This document shows positions 58,682 through 64,000 of a stretch of 64,000 bases of DNA, piece after piece; position 1 is the first letter of the stretch, and every line of letters begins with the position of its first letter. This stretch comes from a virus (lineage: Duplodnaviria; Caudoviricetes). A program made the translations under genes and the position numbers. Below the pieces are notes generated by a model. The model saw only the letters and a list, made by a program, of their open reading frames with translations, did not search any database and was not told the DNA's origin. The stretch spans positions 64,001-128,000 of IMG/VR virus record IMGVR_UViG_3300032265_002598; one strand, 5' to 3'.

Positions 58682-59469
58682 TCATCCTCTATTTCTAATA
58701 CGGTTCCTAAATTATATTTTTTGTTTTTAAGACAATCTATTAGTCTAGAATAAATCAAATTTGCTCTAGCTGTAGAAAAGTCTTTTTGTTGTTTAACCCT
58801 AATTAATCCTAATCCCTTACCTATAAGAAGACCATTCTTCTTTTCATCATATTTCTGATTTTTCTTAAATGTTTCTTCTCCCCATATGGGAGAAAAATGA
58901 GATGGACCATCAACCTCAATCGCTAAGTTCATTGTAGGCAGAAAGAGGTCCACTTGCAACTTGGTATTTGATAACATTTGCTCTTTATGGAATTCTACAA
59001 CATAACCATCAGCTAGCAACTTTTCCAAAAGAAACTTTTCTAATTTAGATCCTGTTTTACTACTTAGTCTAGCTGCTGTATTTGCAGACTTAACAATATT
59101 AGCTTTTTCTTCTGAGCTTAAATTATTCCAATTCGCCCGACTTTTCTCTTTTCTTTGGTCTAGTTCATCCTTGCTTAGATTGTTCCAAGAATCCATAACC
59201 CCCATACCAATCTTCTCTTTGGTCTCTGTGCTTCTTTCAGATCCTTTAGTTGGGTGTTTATGTTTACCACTACTTAAAGCATTCTTTTGTGCCTGACTTT
59301 TATCTCTGATAGGAATTTCAAACTTTTTAGCATCTCTTCTTATTTGATTGGCATATGTATTATATTTTAAAGCAATATCTTGAAAGCTTAACTTTTCTAG
59401 TACATAGTATTTATTCAAAATATCTTTTTTAGCAGAGTCAGATAGTTGTTTGTACTTTATCGATGACAT
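58678..59469 (-). CDS. Free-standing endonuclease: HTH + NUMOD3-like + Vsr/DUF559-like domain (homing-endonuclease-like)
   Basis: LSFQDIALKYNTYANQIRR (HTH), HPTKGSERSTETKEKIG (NUMOD3-like), SKLEKFL...VDLFLPTMNLAIEVDGPSHF...YDEKKN (Vsr-like). Confidence 0.75.
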   Translation of the reverse strand: MSSIKYKQLSDSAKKDILNKYYVLEKLSFQDIALKYNTYANQIRRDAKKFEIPIRDKSQAQKNALSSGKHKHPTKGSERSTETKEKIGMGVMDSWNNLSKDELDQRKEKSRANWNNLSSEEKANIVKSANTAARLSSKTGSKLEKFLLEKLLADGYVVEFHKEQMLSNTKLQVDLFLPTMNLAIEVDGPSHFSPIWGEETFKKNQKYDEKKNGLLIGKGLGLIRVKQQKDFSTARANLIYSRLIDCLKNKKYNLGTVLEIEDE

Positions 59470-59917
59470 TTTTAATTTCCTTACTGTCTATTTTTTTAAT
59501 TAAACTGAGTGGTGTTTTCCAACAAATCTTGCATAATTCATATGTATCAATACTATCTGTGATTATTTCCATATTATCCTTCATATACATATTATACCAA
59601 AAACCATATGGAAGAGAAGAATTTTTATTCCATTCAACTTCCGTCATATACAAAATTTGTTTTTTTGGAACAGGAAATGTTTGTGTTAGCATTGCGCTCT
59701 TGGTATCAAAGACAAATAATATCCCATCAAAATATTTAGCTTGCTGTATATGTAAAGTATAATATTTATTGTTCATATTAATTCTATTATATTGATCATT
59801 AAACAATACAATATTGTCATATGGACATGACTTACATAAATCATTTAACGCTGTAAGAATATTATTTTGTGCTGGTACGTTTGGTAAAATATCTAGTAAA
59901 TAAAAGCCTATGTCCAT
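59438..59917 (-). CDS. Hypothetical protein, possibly a glycosyltransferase-related Rossmann-like domain
   Basis: MDIGFYL N-terminal strand and QILYM...W segments typical of GT-B N-domains; lies in the GT cluster. Weak assignment. Confidence 0.4.
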   Translation of the reverse strand: MDIGFYLLDILPNVPAQNNILTALNDLCKSCPYDNIVLFNDQYNRINMNNKYYTLHIQQAKYFDGILFVFDTKSAMLTQTFPVPKKQILYMTEVEWNKNSSLPYGFWYNMYMKDNMEIITDSIDTYELCKICWKTPLSLIKKIDSKEIKNVIDKVQTTI

Positions 59918-59919
59918 AA

Positions 59920-60702
59920 TTAACCCTCAAGAATTGTTGGTAAGAATTGATTTTGAATATAATATTTAAATGATGAAGTGTCTAAATCATATTGTGTATT
60001 TTTCAAAATCTTATTAGCTATATTAGAAGAAATATCATTTTCTATTTCAATATTATCTATTCCACAAACTTGTGCTTCAATAGAATATTTATCATCTAAA
60101 TCTATTAGACACATATAGGTATTAAGTATTAAACAAGCATCATATTGGTTTAGCATTCCTACATTTTGTGCAGGATTGAATGTTGGTGAATTAAATAATA
60201 CAAGTTTTTCATTACTATAAGGATACAACATGGGTCCTATTATGTCAATATTTTTTTGATTATTTTCTGATAACATTACAGCAATTTTATCATTCCTCGG
60301 TTTATTAGGATCTATTCTATAAAAAATATTGCTATCATACAATTTAGAATAGAGAAGAGGATTTTCTAAAACCGTAATTAGACATTGTTTTTTACCAGCT
60401 AGTATAATTTTATTTATATTCCAATATTCAATCAATTGTTCATCTGGGATATTAACATTAACAAAAATTATTATTTTACAGGATTTATTATGTTCATTAA
60501 TGAAGTCATGAAATTCTTGAGTATATTCATTTGCTGGTAAAATTACTATATTTGGCTTATGAGCATAAAATAATTCAAATAAATTACCATGAACACTAAG
60601 AGCTATAATTTCATTATCATCTGAGATGATAGGGTTTAAATTTTGAATGAAAGAGATATATTCATTTTCTTTTGCCACATGTATTAAAATTTTGTTTTTC
60701 AT
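59920..60702 (-). CDS. Glycosyltransferase-like (GT-B) protein
   Basis: MKNKILIH start and a C-terminal LNTYMCLIDLDDKYSIEAQVCG resembling the GT4 'EA..cG' motif. Confidence 0.45.
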   Translation of the reverse strand: MKNKILIHVAKENEYISFIQNLNPIISDDNEIIALSVHGNLFELFYAHKPNIVILPANEYTQEFHDFINEHNKSCKIIIFVNVNIPDEQLIEYWNINKIILAGKKQCLITVLENPLLYSKLYDSNIFYRIDPNKPRNDKIAVMLSENNQKNIDIIGPMLYPYSNEKLVLFNSPTFNPAQNVGMLNQYDACLILNTYMCLIDLDDKYSIEAQVCGIDNIEIENDISSNIANKILKNTQYDLDTSSFKYYIQNQFLPTILEG

Positions 60703-60705
60703 TAT

Positions 60706-61398
60706 TTAATCTTTAATTTTATGTTTATCTTTCATTCCTATTATATTGATAACTGAATCATTGTTTACAATAACTTGTTCGTATTTAGCATCATTACTGA
60801 TAGACTTATTTATTATTTCAAATAAAAACATATTATCATAATAAGATGCAATATTATTTTTTATCAAAGAAATATCTTCATTACAAATATAAACACTATC
60901 ACACCAAGCATAATCTCCAATATCATAAAAAATGTAATCTACTTGTCCTTTATTATCTGTCCTAGCTCCTAAAAACTTTGTATTTTGTTGAGATTTTTTG
61001 ATCGACTTGGAAAGGATCCATGATTTTTTTGTAGAAAGATTTTTGTGTGGTGATAAGTTTCTAATTAGCGTACCACTATTGATAATAAAAATTCCGTCAT
61101 AGCTGTCTAGTTCATAGTTAGCTAAAATGAGTTTTAATGCATATCCTTGGTTCTTAGTATCAAATTCATCATTACTTATTGTTTTGATATCTGTGGGTAT
61201 TTTTTTATGGAGTTTCTCTCCCCCAAATCCAGAAATAATAGATATATCTGTTTTTGGGAAAAGATTTTTTAAATTATTAATTTGACACAAAATTAATTCT
61301 CTATTGAATCCACTAGATTTTAAAAGTCCAATTGGTCCAAAAGATTTCATTCCTTTTGTTATCTCATAAGATAAAATAAAACATGCTATTCTGTTCAT
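60706..61398 (-). CDS. Nucleotidyltransferase-like (NTP_transferase/LicC-like) protein
   Basis: FILSYEITKGMKSFGPIGLLK...LILCQINNL...ISIISGFGGEKL...NDEFDTKNQGYALKL follows the sugar nucleotidyltransferase pattern, but with a degenerate glycine-rich loop. Confidence 0.6.
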   Translation of the reverse strand: MNRIACFILSYEITKGMKSFGPIGLLKSSGFNRELILCQINNLKNLFPKTDISIISGFGGEKLHKKIPTDIKTISNDEFDTKNQGYALKLILANYELDSYDGIFIINSGTLIRNLSPHKNLSTKKSWILSKSIKKSQQNTKFLGARTDNKGQVDYIFYDIGDYAWCDSVYICNEDISLIKNNIASYYDNMFLFEIINKSISNDAKYEQVIVNNDSVINIIGMKDKHKIKD

Positions 61399-61811
61399 TT
61401 ACTTTTTTCAATTACTGCAATAGAATAAACGTCCTCATGGATATGTTTTAATAGATTAAACCCATTTAAACCAGACACAAATCCGAGAAAATCACTTTCC
61501 ATCCAGGATGATCTTAAATCATTAACCAGGGAAGAGAATCCTTCACTCGATAAACTACCGTTTTTAATTTTATGGGCTAGTGCATCTGGATTTAAAAACT
61601 TAACCGTTATAGAACCACCATGATTTAATTTTTTACATAGTTCCATAAAAATTTTATTTCTATTTTCTTGATCCACTTTATCAATAGTTGTAAAAACAAT
61701 ATTATTAACATAACCATTAGTAATCTGAAAAATATTCTCTATTCCTATATTAGAATATCCTGTAACAATATCTTTCTCTTTATCTACAACAATATTGATT
61801 TGATTAATCAT
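61395..61811 (-). CDS. Methyltransferase-like protein (truncated class I SAM fold)
   Basis: IFMELCKKLNHGGSITV resembles the L-x-x-G-G strand of class I MTases; no recognisable motif I. Confidence 0.35.
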   Translation of the reverse strand: MINQINIVVDKEKDIVTGYSNIGIENIFQITNGYVNNIVFTTIDKVDQENRNKIFMELCKKLNHGGSITVKFLNPDALAHKIKNGSLSSEGFSSLVNDLRSSWMESDFLGFVSGLNGFNLLKHIHEDVYSIAVIEKSK

Positions 61812-62731
61812 AGCGTAAATGCCTCTCTATTAGCTTTTTGTATTATATTACTCATAATGTTACTAAAATTATTAAAATCAAATTCTTTCAATATAATTTC
61901 TGAATTATTTTTTCTTTCTTCATCGTTTATATCAAGCATTTGGGATAATGCAGGAAAGATTTCTTCTATATTATTTATGAATGTCAATCCATTAATATTT
62001 AAATACTCTTCTGAGGTTGTAGGTGTTCTTATTGATAGTCCAGCACATCCTGATGCTATTCCACATAAAAGATTCAGAATATTATGTTCAGCTAGATCAA
62101 TACATACTTTATAGTTATTCATTGTAGAATTTATATCTTCTATAGGAATCCTACAAGAACTCATAATATCACAGGAATAATTTTTTTCAATTAATGCTGC
62201 TTGTATTTGTTGTGCATGTGGGGCATTTTCATAATTTAAAATTAGAACATCTTTTCTTTTTGTTATATTATTGACGTATTGAAAATTGCTGGGCACCCCA
62301 TATTTCAAAACTATACTATTATCTAATCTCCAAGAATTTTTTGCTGACTCTGAAAAAAATATTTTCACTTCTTTTTTGAGTCTTTGACTCATAAGAGCAG
62401 AATCTTCTTTTTTTACATTTTGTGGTTTGTGTGAATGTGTTAAAATAATTGTATTTAAATGAAATTGTTTAATGGTAGGATTACCAGTATAATTTAAAAG
62501 TCTGTTCGTTATACATAAATTATAATTGTATAGAGACAGATGATCATTCGGCAAATCAATCATATTATCAATTTTATAATGAATATTATTACTACCAAAT
62601 ATGTAGTATCTATGTTTATCTATAGCTGAGATGCAATGATCTATAATATTATTCTGTGGATAATAGACTATATTATAATTATTTTCTGTAATTTTTTGTA
62701 GTATGTTTCCAGTAACAAAACTCAAATACAT
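61808..62731 (-). CDS. Glycosyltransferase-like (GT-B) protein
   Basis: IFFSESAKNSW, VLKYGVP, NNYKVCIDL...GIASGC fit a GT-B C-domain, with a degenerate E-x7-E motif. Confidence 0.55.
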   Translation of the reverse strand: MYLSFVTGNILQKITENNYNIVYYPQNNIIDHCISAIDKHRYYIFGSNNIHYKIDNMIDLPNDHLSLYNYNLCITNRLLNYTGNPTIKQFHLNTIILTHSHKPQNVKKEDSALMSQRLKKEVKIFFSESAKNSWRLDNSIVLKYGVPSNFQYVNNITKRKDVLILNYENAPHAQQIQAALIEKNYSCDIMSSCRIPIEDINSTMNNYKVCIDLAEHNILNLLCGIASGCAGLSIRTPTTSEEYLNINGLTFINNIEEIFPALSQMLDINDEERKNNSEIILKEFDFNNFSNIMSNIIQKANREAFTL

Positions 62732-63846
62732 AGTTTTTTCCCTATCGTATTATGGCTAAATTGATCAATTGATTGTAATCCTAGTTCTTTTTTTTGTTCC
62801 CATTCTTTCTTATTGCTCTTATATAGAGAGTATGCTGCTCTCATTTTTTCTATAAGATCATAAATATTTATTTGATACCAATATTCATTAGCATTATAAA
62901 TATCAAATTCATCTGATAAAATTTTATTATCAAGTACAACTGGTGTTCTATAGCTTTGTACAATATAACCATTCTTATTATTAATAAAATCTATCATCCC
63001 GGTATTATCCGGCACTATTGGAGTTTTACCGAGAACTAAGGCCTCTGCTGCTGTTCTACCAAAAGATTCGCCTTTTGAAGTAGAAATAAAACAATCACAA
63101 CAGTTATGCATTCTGATAGAATTTTCATAAGATAATTCTTCAGTAATGATAATTTCTTTCTTATATCTATGACTTATGTTAAGTCTTTTTTTGATATTTT
63201 CTATTTCTTTTTCTATGAATTTATAAGAGTCTCCAACAGACATATTTGGAATACTACTTTTTATTATTAACGATACTGGTTGATTAATATCAAAAGCTAG
63301 ATGAAAGGCAGTGATTAAATCTTTAAGATTAGCTTTTTCTGTATATTCTCCCATATAATAAAATTTAAATGTTTGCTTGATCATTGGGTGCAAATCTAAA
63401 TCTTTATCTCTATTATTATTAATCAAATCAATATCTAATGGTTGAGATATAACTTTTATCGGCTTGGTAATACCAGATTTTCTCAAAGACTTTTCTTCTT
63501 GTGTACTAGCTACCCAAATTTCATCCATTTGATTAACATTGAATATAGAAACAGAATTAGAAATATTATTTGTTTCTAACTTAATGCAGCCAATATGTTT
63601 CTTAAATTTACCATTATAAAATAGACAATGTGGAAATGTTTGTTGAATAACAGTATCATAAGAATCATACAAAGAATTTTCATATTCTAATATGTCTCTG
63701 TCAATCTTTTCTGATGGTGAACCTAAAAATATAGGTCTAGTAGTAAGATTATATTTTTGTTGAGAAGCTATTGCTTTAATATAGCTTTGAGAAGCTATTC
63801 CGAAATCGTCCTGTTGTCTATATGGTCCCAAAAATAATGCATTCAT
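62722..63846 (-). CDS. Glycosyltransferase, GT4-like
   Basis: LFLGPY...GIASQSY, DEIWVAS, FKFYYMGEYTEKANLKDLITAF, CDCFISTSKGESFGRTAAEALVLGK with an intact E-x7-E. Confidence 0.85.
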   Translation of the reverse strand: MNALFLGPYRQQDDFGIASQSYIKAIASQQKYNLTTRPIFLGSPSEKIDRDILEYENSLYDSYDTVIQQTFPHCLFYNGKFKKHIGCIKLETNNISNSVSIFNVNQMDEIWVASTQEEKSLRKSGITKPIKVISQPLDIDLINNNRDKDLDLHPMIKQTFKFYYMGEYTEKANLKDLITAFHLAFDINQPVSLIIKSSIPNMSVGDSYKFIEKEIENIKKRLNISHRYKKEIIITEELSYENSIRMHNCCDCFISTSKGESFGRTAAEALVLGKTPIVPDNTGMIDFINNKNGYIVQSYRTPVVLDNKILSDEFDIYNANEYWYQINIYDLIEKMRAAYSLYKSNKKEWEQKKELGLQSIDQFSHNTIGKKLCI

Positions 63847-64000
63847 TTGATACTTTCTTTCATATGAGCATATTGAATAAAGTCTTCTTCTCTTAATGTG
63901 TTTTGATTGTTTTTTACATTTTGGGCTACATTGTTATTATTGATAATATTATTTATCGAATTTATTGCATGTTCAGGAGTGTATGACTCAGTATGCATTC
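63843..64000 (-). CDS. 3' end of a truncated upstream gene in the GT cluster
   Basis: An open frame (...HTESYTPEHAINSINNII...LREEDFIQYAHMKESIK*) ends in a TGA that overlaps the ATG of the GT4 gene and runs off the window end. Confidence 0.55.
   Translation of the reverse strand, partial: MHTESYTPEHAINSINNIINNNNVAQNVKNNQNTLREEDFIQYAHMKESIK

Noticed and set aside
1-64000. Alternative genetic code (stop-codon reassignment seen in some large phages)
   Set aside because: Standard code gives uninterrupted ORFs up to 17 kb with tight gene packing, and TAA, TAG and TGA all end genes at coupled junctions.
48356-64000. Eukaryotic giant virus origin, suggested by Cys-rich proteins and GT cluster
   Set aside because: Shine-Dalgarno motifs, overlapping operonic genes and a TP901-type tape measure indicate a bacteriophage.
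1-64000. CRISPR array, tRNA or rRNA genes
   Set aside because: No regularly spaced direct repeats and no intergenic space with a cloverleaf; the window is almost entirely coding.

Overview
The window is a segment of a large, AT-rich (roughly one-third G+C by eye, not computed) tailed bacteriophage genome, most consistent with a jumbo phage with a non-contractile tail. It uses the standard code and has Shine-Dalgarno-like motifs before most genes. Positions 1-56685 (+) form one tail/virion morphogenesis block: a 5'-truncated >3000-aa Ig/cadherin-like virion protein, collagen-like and Mtd_N-type fibre proteins, a LamG-containing protein, putative neck/terminator genes, a tail-tube gene, chaperone-like genes, a 5679-aa tape measure protein (TMP), a YadA-like beta-roll adhesin and large distal-tail/tip proteins ending in a very Cys-rich region. 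Positions 56666-64000 (-) form a convergent module: a membrane-anchored YfaP/DUF2135-like protein, a Zn-ribbon protein, a Rad52-like annealing protein, a NUMOD3/Vsr-like endonuclease and a cluster of glycosyltransferase-like, nucleotidyltransferase-like and methyltransferase-like genes. The most striking observation is that the TMP looks like a modular polyprotein. Nine copies of a 'xxGG...GTDTVPAMLTPGEFVVN...xxGG' module bracket cargo blocks, which include a complete HAD phosphatase motif set, two PD-(D/E)xK-like nuclease motifs and a canonical EF-hand pair. A second candidate system is virion glycosylation: a GT cluster next to Ser-Gly-rich structural proteins. All family assignments come from motifs recognised by eye and from synteny; no searches were run. 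No tRNA, rRNA, CRISPR array, integrase, reverse transcriptase or tail sheath gene was seen.
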